Part shown: positions 1 to 13,940 of the stretch, piece by piece
How the letters are laid out: each line of letters starts with the position of its first letter
Position numbering within the stretch: position 1 is the first letter of the stretch
Assembly: GCA_951406725.2 (NCBI GenBank)
Contig: OX597821.1
Span: 109,368,001-109,432,000 of the forward strand
Length of the DNA stretch: 64,000 bases
DNA from: Octopus vulgaris
Lineage: Eukaryota
Reading direction: 5' to 3'
Translations under genes and position numbers: made by a program
The notes under the pieces: model-generated
Told to the model about the DNA's origin: nothing
Database searches by the model: none
The model's input: only the letters and a program-made list of their open reading frames with translations

Positions 1-59
1 CCTAAATTTACATATGTACATTTAATAACACATGTAATGAGGGTGAGTTATACTTTTGT

Positions 60-82
60 GTGTCATGCACATATATAAGTCA

Positions 83-115
<33 letters not shown>

Positions 116-353
116 CTCTATATATACAATGTGTGTATAAATCTGTATATCCATATACAAATACGTTTAGAAGTTAATACATAAAACACACATACACATG
201 CATGTAATACATATATGTATTACATGTGTAAAGTATAATGTATACAGCCAATCAGTGTGTGTGAGTATATATATATTATATATAGATATATATATATATA
301 TATACACTCACACACACAGATTGAGTGTATACATTACATATGTATATATATCC

Positions 354-387
<34 letters not shown>

Positions 388-647
388 TCTCACACACAGA
401 TTCGGTGTATACATTACATATGTATATATATATATATATATCCATGTATATATATATATATATACACATACATGTATATCTATATATGTAGATATATATA
501 CACACATACATGTATATCTATATATGTAGATATATATGTATGTATGTATATATATATGTGTGTATATATATGCATATGAGTGATATATATGTGTGTGTAT
601 ACGAGTGTGTATATATATATATATATACACAAATATGTACACACTCG

Positions 648-700
<53 letters not shown>
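60..700. repeat. (TA)n/(CA)n compound microsatellite field; similar fields at 5990-6380, 14190-14500, 15050-15380, 22050-22330, 24250-24520, 30680-31300, 34050-34680, 44080-44720
   Basis: Visible directly. Confidence 0.95.
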
Positions 701-703
<3 letters not shown>

Positions 704-907
704 CTCAAACTATCTAGCTAGCTATGATAAATAATGGAACACTACTTCAGAAGCCACCTCTTTCTTCGATTCGAGCTTAGGGATCTGCACTTTTCCGCAA
801 GCAAGCTTTAAGGACGACGAGGTACCGTACCAAGTCCCAAAAGCATCGGACTAGGATATGACAATTCATTTCAACAAGGATTATGACAACGCACAAAAAA
901 AAAAAAA

Positions 908-970
908 TCAAAGACGACACAACACATGTGATTTTGTCCGACACTCCACAGCTTCTGCCCAACTCACCAG
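908..970 (-). CDS. Alternative candidate terminal coding exon of Id (LVSWAEAVECRTKSHVLCRL*)
   Basis: CATACAG|CTG..., phase 0. Ends VLCRL, resembling the ILCR end of vertebrate ID1/ID4. Polypyrimidine tract is weak. Confidence 0.3.
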   Translation of the reverse strand: MVSWAEAVECRTKSHVLCRL

Positions 971-1241
971 CTGTATGTGTACATGCCTAATTCATTATAT
1001 ATATATATGTTGTAATATATAATTTTGCAGATGCCCGTGTCAATGTCAATGGTTCTTTTCAAGAAAAATCCTCTTCATCTTCCACCCTCACCACAACTCA
1101 TCGTTTTGGTATTTATTGCTTATTTATTTATTTTTTTTTTAGAACAATGGCTACTCTGACTTACATATTTAACCGAGAGAATAAGAGAGGCATTGTTTTC
1201 AATGAATCTAGTTGGGTTTAATAAGTACTCCGAAGTGTATG

Positions 1242-1279
<38 letters not shown>

Positions 1280-3522
1280 TACAATAGAACTTTTTGTAAT
1301 GAGTGAGCTGCGTGCATAAAAGTTGGTTTGTGTTTCGTGGTTTCTCAGAATATGGAAATGTGTGTATGTGTGTGTACATTGGTAATGTGTGTGTAAGGTG
1401 GGAGCGCTGTGTTGATTTACTCATTAATACTACAGCTAACAGTCGATTAAAATGGCCAGTACATTTTGGAAAGCGGATGTCACACAATGGCATTAAGGTC
1501 TGCTTGCGGGTGTGTGTCTGGGTGTGAAGTTGTGAAACCAACGGTGTTGTAAGATATGTCGACATGCGTGTAAACCTAATAAATCTTACTCCAAGAGGCC
1601 TCATTTGTGTGTATGTGTATACATATCTGACTTAGGTGGGTAGAGATATGTATACAAATCCATGAAGATAGATAGAACATGCACAGACGGTTATGTACAA
1701 ACACGCACACACACATGTTTAACCTTCGTCTCCGTTTTTGAGCCGTCAGCTGTATGATATGTCGCTGACCAATGTGACGCGTACAAAAACGTTGAATCAC
1801 TGATCCCAACTTCAAATAATCTTTTCACTTTAACCCATGACCTCTCCAGCCTTAGAGTACAGAGTACAAATATTTTATTTAAAGTGATGGTGGGTTTCAC
1901 ACACACAGCACAAAAATATACGTAACAGTTTTTAAAGTCAAAATATATAGGTCTACTTTGCATGTATTTTACTGTTTTTGTATCCTAACAGATGGATGAG
2001 GATGGAGTAGTTCTGGGGACATTTTATCGCCCTGCAATTCTAAAACCAAGCCAGGCAGCATTGTGTAATCCAACAACACGTATATGTCTAATACACTGAG
2101 TTTTTAAAGGTTTCTACAGCTGGATGACCTTTCCAAGGCCAACCGCTTTATAAAAAAATGGGGTTTTTCTTTTTAGTTTCTCTTAGTTTTTCTTTGTGGC
2201 ACCAGCACCGATGAGGTCCTGAAAAGAGCTCGCATAGCAGGACCAATCACAACAACCGTTTAGCGACAATTTTCTGTTAGAAAGGAACGTTTAATGGCAA
2301 TTTTCTGTTCGAAAGGCATACATTGAAACATGAAAGAAAACTATCTTTCGGATGAAATCATCGATTCATACATGTGTGAGAGAATGTGTGTTATGTGAGC
2401 AGGGAAAATGTGTGTTGGGTATGAGAGAGAGAGAGTGAAAGAGAGAGAGAGAGAGAGAATCTTCAGCTTGATTCTGTGCATGTATGCTCGTGTTCCATCA
2501 GTTCAGTGCATCTATTTTATTCCCGTAGCTAAAACTATACACACGTGTGGTTTATGTAGTACGTGTGTGTGTGTGTGTGTGTGTGTATTTGTTTGTTAAG
2601 ATGTGTCGAGCTGATATTACTGTTGTGAAACATCTGTTTAGCTAGAGAATTCCTCGAGGTGACACAGCAAACAAATTTCGAGATAAACGTAATACCAACA
2701 ACAATAATAAAAAAAAAACAATGTTGATGGTTATCTGATTATATCAAATTATATGTACACATGTACACATATATACATGTGTGTGTATGTGTTACTACAT
2801 ATCTATGTGTGTGTATATACATAACACACGCACACTGAAAGTCATGTGTATATTGTGTGTGTGTGTGTGTACACATCTGTCAAACAGTGTCACTCCTTAC
2901 CATAGGAAAACTTCACGCTTCCTACCCAGTACCCACCCCTTCATGTGCACTTCACTATTATGTAACTATATTATGTAAGCTTTAAATACAAAGGATGTTG
3001 GAAGCATAACCAGTATATCACCGAATAATTTCGAATAGCGAATAAGATATTGGAAGAGGTAGGTATTTTTTTCAGGACTAGTAATGTGGTCACTCCATCA
3101 GAGGAAGAATCAACTTTGTGAAACTAGAGACAGTCAATCGTTTGAATAACAATATATCATTAGTTTGATAAATGATAAATAATTTCTCGAAGACTTGGTC
3201 AATTTAGTCCTCTAAATCCATTAACCTTTCCCTAAAATTTACTTGTATTATTATAAAAATGGAGTAGTTTTTTTTTCCTCGGCTCACAAGACAGAAAAAA
3301 AAAACGGTTAAGTACAGAAACTGACTTTAATTAAGGACATGAGATACATATATGAAAATACTGTTATTGCAATGTCATTTTATGTTCGGTAATTAAAAAC
3401 ATTTGTGCCATATTCGCCTGTTAAACAAGAGCAAACTCGTGCTCTAGACTGGATGTTGGAAGAGGGGAAAAAATACGGTTTTTAATAGTTACCTAAACAG
3501 CACTACTTATTACTTTTAAACA

Positions 3523-3564
<42 letters not shown>

Positions 3565-3793
3565 TACACACACACACAAGCATGCGCACATATATACACA
3601 CGCATACATGTATGTATACATATTGACTACAGAATGTAACTTCATTGTCCTTGTTAAGGAAATGTCAGGAGAGATTTGTGACTTGTATAATATTTGAGTG
3701 GACTTCTTTCCTCTTAACGAATAAGGAAATATACTGTAACTGGGGAGACTTAGCTTGCTATTTCTAGCATGTGGTGAGACCAAGAAGATACGC

Positions 3794-3820
3794 TCAAGTT
3801 GCCTTCCCTTCCAGTGACAT
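3794..3820 (-). CDS. Candidate terminal coding exon of Id (MSLEGKAT*)
   Basis: Minus strand TTCCTTTTTCCCGAAATTCAG|ATG TCA CTG GAA GGG AAG GCA ACT TGA. Good polypyrimidine tract; phase 0 matches the donor at 6503. Confidence 0.5.
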   Translation of the reverse strand: MSLEGKAT

Positions 3821-5383
3821 CTGAATTTCGGGAAAAAGGAACGATACATTGAATGATATACAGACTCCTACAAAACCCTGAAAAACATTTCTTTTAAAAA
3901 CGGGGAGTTGACCAACGCTGGGATGATTGCTTACATCAATGTAAATGCACCTGGGGCTCAACAAACTTACAAACAACACACAAACAGCCTGTGTCTCCTG
4001 TGACCAAAACTGATTACTTAAAAACCCCACCCAGCCACTTGAGTTAATGACATGGTGAACCAAACAACCTTGATGACTAAGAGTAAGAGTGAAAGTACTG
4101 AAAAATATATATATATATTATCAACAGATATAGTATTTATGTTCATTCTATAGTTAAGTGTAATATAAAACCTTTGCCCATCTGGTCACTAAACCTTGAT
4201 AAAGATCTGAATTTTCTACGTTAAGTTTTGATTCCACTCCTAAATTTTTGTGGGGCAGGACACGTTACGCGCACACAGCGCATTCCTCTTCTACATGCAC
4301 ATACAAAAATGTGACTCACAAATAGGAGAAATTACATTAGAAGCACAAAGTTCTGATCTAATCTGATCTCAAAAGAAGTTTAGATTTGAACTCATGAATA
4401 CATCGTAAATCAGCCTGTTATCTGGGATAAATTTGGCTAATTTGTATTACTGACAGATGAGAACTTGGTAGAATTTTGAAAAACAAGATTACCACTGGCT
4501 TCCACTGTCAAGGAAGTAGACATGAAATTGGATGGGAACGAATGGTAAAAAGGAAAAACAGTTGTGGTCGGAATCGAAATTCCTGCTTGGGACACCGAAA
4601 TAGTGTCTTAAAAAAAAGAGGGTGGAAGTCATTTAAGAAAACCTATCAGTTCTTGCTCTCCTTTATGAGATAGGAGATAGTTATTCCAAAATTCTACCTG
4701 CTACTTGCTTTCTGAAACACTTCCGTCTTAAAATGCATGTTCTGTTTTGATATTTTGGCGGACCCGTTTTTTCCTTGGCCATCTTAAAGCATAATGAACA
4801 CTAATTTTATTATTGACATTCTAATATTTCTTTCAATTGGTTCTTATAACAATGTTTCCAAAAGTAAAATTCTGGTGTGATTTTAAACAGAGCTTTTAAC
4901 TCGTGACTGGGCGCACTGGCAATTTTAGCACCTGATTGATTTACAAGGACATTCTTATCGCCTATCTACACAGATGGATAAAATGAGAAAATCTAACAAT
5001 GCACAAAGTATTTAAAAAATTCTTTCGGGTGCAAAGGTCATCTTCAGAAGGAACCCGACAATGAAATGAGCGTCTACGTAAAACCTTGAAATCGGAAAAT
5101 GGCAGGATCGACGTTTTGTACTCTTATGAAGATAGGCTTTTGCACCTGAAATATAAAGGTTTTTTTTCTAACTTTATGCAGTTTTAGAAGAAGCTTCCTT
5201 ATTCCATCTTTTGTTGTACTCCTGTACTACAATGTTTCAGACGAATTACGACACTTCTATCAAAAACATATGTCGTGCTGTTTGTTACCTGTTTAAATCT
5301 CGAATTTTTTCAAAATCAGAATATTTAACTCAAAACTAAAAGCGAAAATGGTGTGTGTAAGTGAGTGTCTCTCTCTCTCTCTC

Positions 5384-5420
<37 letters not shown>

Positions 5421-5719
5421 ATATATATAAATACAAAAATGGGACAAGAACGCAAAGGAAATTGAGGGGAACCAGAGATAGTATGCATCAACTGTTAGAT
5501 GTTATATATTGTCTTTTTTTATTTATTTTAAACAATTCTGAGAATATACACACATGTATAAAGATTGTGTTTTACATACAACAAGTACCAGTAATTTCTA
5601 GAATAGAGAAAGAAGAGCAGTTTCTTACAGCTGTTTCTGCCGAGAGGTCACAGTGCTCCACATGTTATTTCCATCTTTTCAGGGTACTGTAGTGATCGGT
5701 AGATAAAATTAGGGTACTT

Positions 5720-5761
<42 letters not shown>

Positions 5762-6010
5762 TACACTAAAACACATTTGTCGTCATGTAAATTTACTTCG
5801 TAAATGAGTATATATATGCAAAGGTACGCACATACACTAACGTGTATAGGTATCTGTGTTTACACATGTTTGTGTATATATCGTACTGCATGTACACATA
5901 TAATACATGCATTTTATGATTTACATGTTATACATAATTTCTATGCTCGTGTAAAAATATGTATACATTTCGGGGTACGTATTTTATATATTTATTCATA
6001 TAAGTGTGCA

Positions 6011-6059
<49 letters not shown>

Positions 6060-6503
6060 CATATATTCATATTATGCATATACTATATATACATATATTC
6101 GTATTATGCATATACTATATATACATATATTCATATTATGCATATACTATATATATATATATATATATATACTATATATATGTGTGTATGTATATGTGTA
6201 TATATACACATAGGTATATGTATGTATATTCATATAGGTATATGTATGTATATGCATATAGGTATATGTATGTATATGCATATGTATATATATATACATG
6301 TATATATATTTATACACATATACACACGTGTGTATCTGTATGTATGTGTATTGATAGATACATACATATATACAAATAAAATGTTCTTTTTATCCATGCT
6401 TATACCCATGTACGTACACACACGCACACACACAAACAAACGCACACATGCGATGAAAATACGATTAGGATTAACTTGAAAGTTTAATTGAAAGTATACT
6501 CAC

Positions 6504-6869
6504 TTCATGTGATACGATGGGATTTGGATCGACTTTTTCCGATAGGGGCGTTCGGTTAAAGAGTGCACTGGCTGTGTTAATCAGCTGTGGTGGAGGTGAC
6601 TGTACGAAGTTAGGGTAGTCCAATGCCACCTCTAAGTCTAAGATGTAATCGATCACATGCTGCAACAACTGTACTTTGGAGATTTTGTGAGTACGAGGAA
6701 TGGTTGGCACCAAGTTGATGAGTTTTTGAAAGCACTCCTGCATTTCCGGAGTCATAATGTCCCCTTCGTTGGGCTTTGCAGTGCCCTTCGTTACCCGACA
6801 GTTCTCCCCGTGTCGTAGACCCATATCTCCGTTGTGTTTCAGGGAAAAAGGATGTGAAATAGCTTTCAT
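6504..6869 (-). CDS. ID (emc): Id/extramacrochaetae-family HLH protein (inhibitor of DNA binding), main coding exon
   Basis: N-terminus MKAISHP resembles vertebrate ID MKAxSP. HLH EMQECFQKLINLVPTIPRTHKISKVQLLQHVIDYILDLEVAL has no basic region. D-box-like RTPLSE follows. Phase-0 donor GAA|GTGAGT at 6503-6498. Upstream acceptor (CTAAT branch, T-tract, CAG at 6889-6887) puts the exon start at 6886. Confidence 0.95.
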
Positions 6870-7272
6870 ATTGCTTAAGCCAAGATCTGATCAGGAAGAG
6901 AAATAAAAAAAAAATACATATTAGAGAAATTGATAATTGATCAATGAGTATTTTAGCATATGATAACACAATTTTTCCAGGTAGTCGATACATACATATT
7001 GCGATATGACCTGATGGTTAGTGCGATACGAAACCTAAAAGATCTTTGCAGAAACACATGATACAAAATAAGATACTCCTAAATGTTATGTTTTAAAAGA
7101 AATTACGAAGAAAATCAAACAGAAATATGCGTAAATGGATAATGTAGAGATTATTTTAGGCAAATTATGGAAACGTTTGTTTGTTCCGCTGAAACTCGCT
7201 GGATACTAAGTATCAAGTCAAGTGTATATCATTGGGATTAAAACATTTCTACGTGCAATCTTGCACGTTGGA

Positions 7273-7453
7273 TATGCATCGTGAGAAAAATGCTTGTTAA
7301 CAGGAAAATGCTCCATCAAGTGGTAACATCCGTGAGTCAAATTGACCGGAAACTGAACAGATAGGAATGGCTTATTCCAAGCGAGAATGAACACACAGCT
7401 TTAGAGGATAAGATCATCCTCATTACTATCATATAACTGAAATATTTTTAATA
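7273..7453 (+). repeat. Left copy of ~170-180 bp diverged direct repeat flanking the mariner
   Basis: TATGCATCGTGAGAAAAATGCTTGTTAA...CAAGTGGTAACATCCG...TATTTTTAATA, repeated at 8564-8730. Confidence 0.85.
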
Positions 7454-8563
7454 CGAGGTGCGTTCAGAAAGTATTCGACCTTTAAGGCTTGAAAAAAAAA
7501 ATTTTGTATACATTTCATAAATTGTATATATAATAACCTTCAAGATTCTCCCTCAGTGGTTCTGCTACAGCAGCTATCACCTCCGGGCCTTCTCTGGAAA
7601 GGTTATGGAGCTCCGCCGTTGCTTTTCTCAGGATCTCCTCTCGCGACTCAAATCGCTTCCCTTTCACACTGGTTGTCATCTGAAGAGAGAGCCAAGAGTC
7701 ACACGGTACCAAGCTGGGAAAATAGATTGCTGAACAAGGGCTTATATTTGCACTTGGCCAGGAAAGCTTGAACTGTGTGGACGGAATGAGCTGGCGCATT
7801 GTCGTGGTGAAGATGTCTATTTTTCGACGCCACATGTCCAGCCACTTTCGACGCACGGCATCACGTGGTATAACCATATAGCATTCCTTCTTGATCGCTT
7901 GGCCTTGTGGATATTCATGGTGCTCAAATAAACCACGTTAGTCGTAGGAACAGGTCACTATTACCTTCCTATTACTGCGAACCTGTCGTGCTTTGTTCGC
8001 TTTGGTGACTACGGACACTTCCATCGGGCGGACTGGAACTTAGTTTTCCTTGGTCTTTGGACCGTAACCATAACCCCATATTTCATCCCCCGAGATGATG
8101 AGTCTTCATTAAGTCTGGGTTGTGGTTTGCACAGTCCAACATGTCCTGAGCAATTTCCAGTCAGAGTTGTCTCTACTGCTCTGCCAGCACCTTTGGGCGA
8201 ATTTTACCGGCACTCTCCACATACACAAACCCTTCGTTAAAATAGAATGCACTGATCCGGTGCTTCATGAGTAATTTCCTGGATTGTCATGACGGCTTCC
8301 ATGACTAATCGCCGAGCCTACTTCAAGTGGTTCTCCGTTTCGGCTTGTTGATGGCCAACCTCAGCGTAGATACATATCTCTCTCTTCACTGAGGCAAGGC
8401 CATATTTGAAGCGGGTTGCACCACTCCATAATCTGACCATTGCATCATCGCCAAAGGTCTGCTAAATTTGATGGTTTCGGCTTATGCAACTACGTAGTTT
8501 TTGGTAAAAAAAAAACTTGATGCAATATCTATCAGAGAAGTTCTATCTTTTTAACACACCTCG
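7454..8563 (-). mobile_element. Degenerate mariner DNA transposon
   Basis: TIRs TA|CGAGGTGCGTT ... AACACACCTCG|TA. Minus-strand remnants GDEIWGY (TGDETW motif) and YFPSLVPCD...KGKRF (YSPDLAPCD motif). Confidence 0.85.
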
Positions 8564-8730
8564 TATGCACCGTGAGAAAAATGCTTGTTAAACGAAAATT
8601 ACTCAAGTGGTAACATCCGCGAATCAAGCTTTACTGGGAAGTGAAGATAGGACGGGCTTTTTCCGAAACCAGAACAAACACAGAATAAACCTTCATCACT
8701 ATCATCATATTAATTTAGATATTTTTAATA
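8564..8730 (+). repeat. Right copy of direct repeat flanking the mariner
   Basis: TATGCACCGTGAGAAAAATGCTTGTTAA...CAAGTGGTAACATCCG...TATTTTTAATA. Confidence 0.85.
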
Positions 8731-11337
8731 AAATATAATCTGAGTCAACATGTTTCCGTTCCGTTAAGCTTTTCGTTTGCCAATCTCATTCCCCTATCCT
8801 TCAGGTGGTGTAAAAATCTTTAGGGAAATTGGACTGGGGTGTTAATTTCGGTGGCATTTTAATCACACGTCATTAAAATACTATTTCCAAATTATTTAAC
8901 CAAGCTCTCTTCCATGTCCTTACATCAAGTTGACCCTTATTTTCAAATTTATTCTTTTCCTTTTTTTTTTTTACTATATTAACGATTTGTGGTGGAGGTG
9001 GACTCTAAAAAAGCTCTTGCCCTTTCGAGTATATTGAGATATGCATTTATATGTATCATAAGAGTTTATTAAACAAAACTGAAAACAATTTGCAACTGAA
9101 AACAACTGAAATAACCCCAAATTGAAAACTTAGATCTTTTATGAAATAATATAGTGTTCTAGCAGAACTCCGCCCATTTAGATAAGACATTTTAATATAG
9201 ACAGAAATTCCACACATACATGAGTATTTATGCGATAAGACAAAAACACTGGCGCACGAACACACTCAACGCGTCCATGTTAGTGAGAAATTCTCCCGTT
9301 GAATTATCCGTGAAGGGATTTCAAGAATTCCGAATTCAAGACCCCACCCACAACCCCCTTCCCACAACCGACATACTGTCATATGATGGTCTATAGTTGT
9401 CACAAGGCGTGCTAGCGATCCGAAACCTAACAGAATAAGAATAAACAATGCAAATAAAACAAAACTCGAGGCCTGTTTCTATATATTATGCAACCGCTTT
9501 CTATCTGGGTGCGTATTGTGATAAGATTTGAAAAGAAAAACTACATTTTAATTATTTTCCCAGAAAGAAGCACCGTTATTCTGAAGAAATTTTGCTATCA
9601 TTCGGTGGGTGTATAGCGCTTTATGTATGTAGCACACCCACAATATTACACACGCCCCTGCTCTGCACAAGGATTCACTGAAAGCGATTACAGATGTCGA
9701 TTAAAACACACAAATCACGGTAGATTTTCGCAATTACTGTCACGAATAAAATTAATTCTTGGGATTTTTCTCCAGTGTTAATCATCGTTCTTATAGTAAC
9801 GTCTCATTCTTTAACTAAGGAAAATGGGTATTCTTTCGTTAGGTCTGTTTTTAAATCCACGTTTTTTAGACCTCCTTCATCGTACATTCCGAATAGATTT
9901 GGCATTCTAAAACACTTGTAATTCACATAAGAAAAATTCGAAAAATTCACATTTTTAAGAATTTACCCCTAAATTTCTAAAAAAAAAAAAAAAAAAAAAA
10001 TCCACGGTTTTTAAAACCTAACACCATCCATTCCCAGGACGGCAATTAAATTAATTTAGGCATTAGAGGCCACTAGTGAAAGCTTACACCAGCTAAAACT
10101 ATCAAAACATTTATTCCACACAGCTGTATAATCTGTAAGACAAAATTGGCCAAATTTGAAACGTTGCGGATTATGATAATCTTATCTTTTTATCTAAAAT
10201 ATTATAAACCACAAGGACTTAATATTCTGGCCAAGTTGCAAGGTAAAATAGTCAATTACATTGACATAAGTGCTTCACCAGTTACTAATAATAATATTTG
10301 GGTGAGAGAAACTGTTTGTTGATAAGACGACGCGCATCGACTTAACATCCAACCACTTACATATTTCATGGAACCCATGAAAACATTTAAAGTTTTATAA
10401 GAATAGGGCTCGTATATCAATAGAACCAATTTGAAAATTATTGAGAAAAATCGGAAAAGATTTACAATTGTGACAAATATAATTAATATTCAACATATAT
10501 TCAAGAACAATATTATCATCAGACAAGCTAGAAGGCACATGCAAAAAAAGTATATTTTATGTACGAAGCATATTATAATGGATTTATGATATGAAACAGA
10601 ATGTAAACGTCAAACTATGTGCGTGTGTGTGCATGAGAGAGATAGAAAGGGAAACATCAGAGAGATTGTAAATGCAAAACACACGTGTGTGTGTGTGTGT
10701 GTGTGTGCTAAACCAGTTTTCTTCTATAGCTTCTAATGGCCAATAATAATTAGCCAGAAATGCAAAACTACGTATGTGTTATGTTTGCGTTCCTGTTGTG
10801 TGTTTGTGTGCGTGTGGCAAAAAGTCAACATCGATTTAACGTTATTCTAACTCTTTTAAGAGCGAATCGATTTGATTTCGTTCGATTAGTTATTTTATTT
10901 TTTTTTATTTCTTTCATGTGCAGCTTTTAATATTCGGAAATCTTTCACACATCACCAAAAGCATAAGCAATCTTCCTTGTTTACAAATTTAAAGAGTGTG
11001 TGTGTGTGTGTTAGTGTGTCGTGCTGTGTGGGTGCGCAGGCGCACGATTTACGGTATAATTTCTTCCGTAAAACGAAGAAAAAAGTAAAAAACATTACTG
11101 TTCCTATTATGTCTAGTTCAACATTCACGGCTCCAAGTTACGAACCGAAATTTCTTGTTCCTTTATAAAGTTACACACAAACCCACAATAAATATGTATA
11201 CACATACATATACGCATATATATATATATATTTGCACACACACAAAATATACACTTCGTAGAGCAAATCCTGATTGTTCTCAGTAAAACACACACAATGT
11301 AATTTCCGAAAGAAGATCAACTTTACATGTATATGTA

Positions 11338-11401
<64 letters not shown>

Positions 11402-11703
11402 CACATCAAATACAAATCTAACTGATGTATATATAGTTTTGCAGTTCGTATAATCCGTAGGGTCTATTTATTATATCAATCTCTGCGTGTCGGATGTTGT
11501 GTGTGTTTAGTTGTAAAAGCGTTAAGAAATAATCACAAATTAATTAGAAATATTATTGGTTAATAACGAAGTTAATTAAGGTATGCGTGTGTGTGTGTAT
11601 GTTTGGGGGTGGGGCAAGAAATGTCGAAGCTGCAAATGGAACCGTGTATTTAGAAATTTGAAAACAAGGCATGTGAATTATATAGGTTAGGTTTTGTGCC
11701 GTA

Positions 11704-11748
<45 letters not shown>

Positions 11749-11825
11749 TGATGGCGAATATAAAAGAATATAAATATAAACAGAAAACAACGAGGTTGTG
11801 TGTATAAAATGTAAATTATACATAC

Positions 11826-12200
11826 GTTTCATAAATGTTGAAAAAAAGTCTATTAACTATACACTATTGTGTATAAGTATATGTAGTAGTATATGTATAT
11901 GATGAAATATGTCCGAGTTTGTATATATGTATATATATATATTATATACTATATATAGCAGTGTGTTTAAAAGATCTTTGATTTTGGTAACGTCACCAAG
12001 AGCTTGTAGGAAGCCGCTTCAAGTACAAGGTCCGTCCGTACGGCTCGCTAGTCAAGCTTCTAATGACGTCTTCGCCTGCTGCTGGCCGCTTTCACTACAA
12101 CACAGTCAGCGCCTCCAACAGCTTTTTACTCCCCCTCCGTCTGAATCTATCTGTCTATCACTTTCTCCATTGCTTACGATCCTGCCTGTCGTTTTAAGCA
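11826..12200 (-). promoter_or_regulatory. Candidate Id promoter and non-coding first exon
   Basis: Unique, CpG-richer island with two CRE-like motifs (TAACGTCA ~11988, TGACGTC ~12064) and a minus-strand donor AAC|GTATGT at 11825. A 5' UTR exon is required by the acceptor at 6887. Confidence 0.4.
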
Positions 12201-13344
12201 ATCACTCTTACTTCACTCTCATTGTCACTCTCACCCTTCCTCCTCCTCCCCCTCCTCTCGTACGTTCTACGCGAGTGTATCTGTACGCGGCTGCGTGTGT
12301 GTCTGTGTCTGTGTCTGTGTGTGCGAGTGACAGTGTGTGTGTGTGTGTGTCTGTGCGTGCGTGTGGCTGTGTGTGAGTGTGTCGCTGTATGCGCCTCTTC
12401 CTTTTACTCACCCCCTTTCTCCCGCTCTCGCGTCTATTTCTCTCTCCCTTTCTCAGTAACGCTTAAACTCTCACTGCTACTCTTACTCTTAACCTCCTGC
12501 GTTTCTCCTCATACACACACACGCACGCACACACACACCCTCTGTCTGTCTTTTATTCGTTCTCTTTTTTTCCTCCGTCTATCACTCTTACCCTTACGTT
12601 CATTCCGTATACGAATCTGTGTATGCGTGTATATGCGTATGTGTGTATGTGTGTATATATCCACATTTAGTTCTCTCTCTCTCTCTCACTCTCTCATACT
12701 CATACCCTCTCTCTATCTCTCTCACACACCCTCTCTGTTTCTTTCTCCCTTTCTATCTCATATTTTCCATTTGTTTTTATTCGGAGCGAGAGAATCCAAC
12801 TCTTTACTTCGACTGACCCTTTAGGTGGACGCTCGACGGGCTAAAAATAACAGCCAAATCTCCTTAAACACAAACAAATAAAAAAAAAAACAAATAACGA
12901 ATTAACAAAATAATGAGCTCTATGTTATCCTGGATACACTACGTCTAATGTTAACACTAGATGGTCATGTTTGGAAAGGCATTAATGATGAACTGAACGG
13001 AGGTTAAATAACGTAAATACACACACACACACACACACTCACACGCGCGCGTGCGCACGGCTCCCCTACTTTAAGGTAAGACGACGAGCAGGGGAGGGAG
13101 AGGTAGGAGGAGGGAGACGAGGGTATCTCGTCTCCTTCGCTTATCCCTCCTCCTTGTCCTCTTTCCTCACACCAGCTTCACGGCCGTCGTCGTGGTCGTC
13201 GTGGTTACTTCAGAGTTGCATCGCACACACATACACAGACACACGCACACACGCGCACACACACACACACTCACACACTCACACACTCACCTACTCGGGT
13301 AAGACACACACACACGCTCATCTCTCCGTCAATTTTAGTATTCG

Positions 13345-13526
13345 CTTTCCTTCATCTCTCTCATTCTCTCTCTCTCTCTCTCTCTCATTCCGTCTCTTTC
13401 TCTCTTTCTCTCTCTCTCTCATTCCGTCTCTTTCTCTCTTTCTCTCTCTCTCTCTCATTCCGTCTCTTTCTCTCTCTCTCTCATTCCGTCTCTTTCTCTC
13501 TTTCTCTCTCTCTCTCATTCCGTCTC

Positions 13527-13560
<34 letters not shown>

Positions 13561-13810
13561 ATTCCGTCTCTTTCTCTCTCTATCTCATTCCGTCTCTTTC
13601 TCTCTTTCTCTCTCTCTCTCTCATTCCGTCTCTTTCTCTCTCTCTCTCTCATTCCGTCTCTTTCTCTCTCTCTCTCATTCCGTCTCTTTCTCTCTTTCTC
13701 TCTCTCTCTCTCATTCCGTCTCTTTCTCTCTTTCTCTCTCTCTCTCTCATTCCGTCTCTTTCTCTCTCTCTCTCTCTCTCTCATTCCGTCTCTTTCTCTC
13801 TTTCTCTTTC
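13345..13810. repeat. Polypyrimidine minisatellite [CATTCCGTCTCTTT(CT)n] x13
   Basis: 13 copies of CATTCCGTC separated by variable CT tracts. Confidence 0.9.
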
Positions 13811-13904
13811 GTTCCAGCGTTCACTCACACGTTCCCTGCGTTCTCTTTAACCAGTTCATTTGCACTCACGCATGCATTGTACGTACTAACAAGTGCAACA
13901 TTCG

Positions 13905-13940
<36 letters not shown>

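Noticed and set aside
198-734. YI/HT/VC-rich ORFs here and throughout the track (e.g. 5804-6479, 24089-24795, 34033-34720, 44008-44819)
   Set aside because: These are translations of (TA)n, (CA)n and (TATG)n microsatellites that lack stop codons.
6471-6503. End of the Id ORF as given in the track
   Set aside because: It runs past a consensus donor into the intron; kept only as a possible retention isoform.
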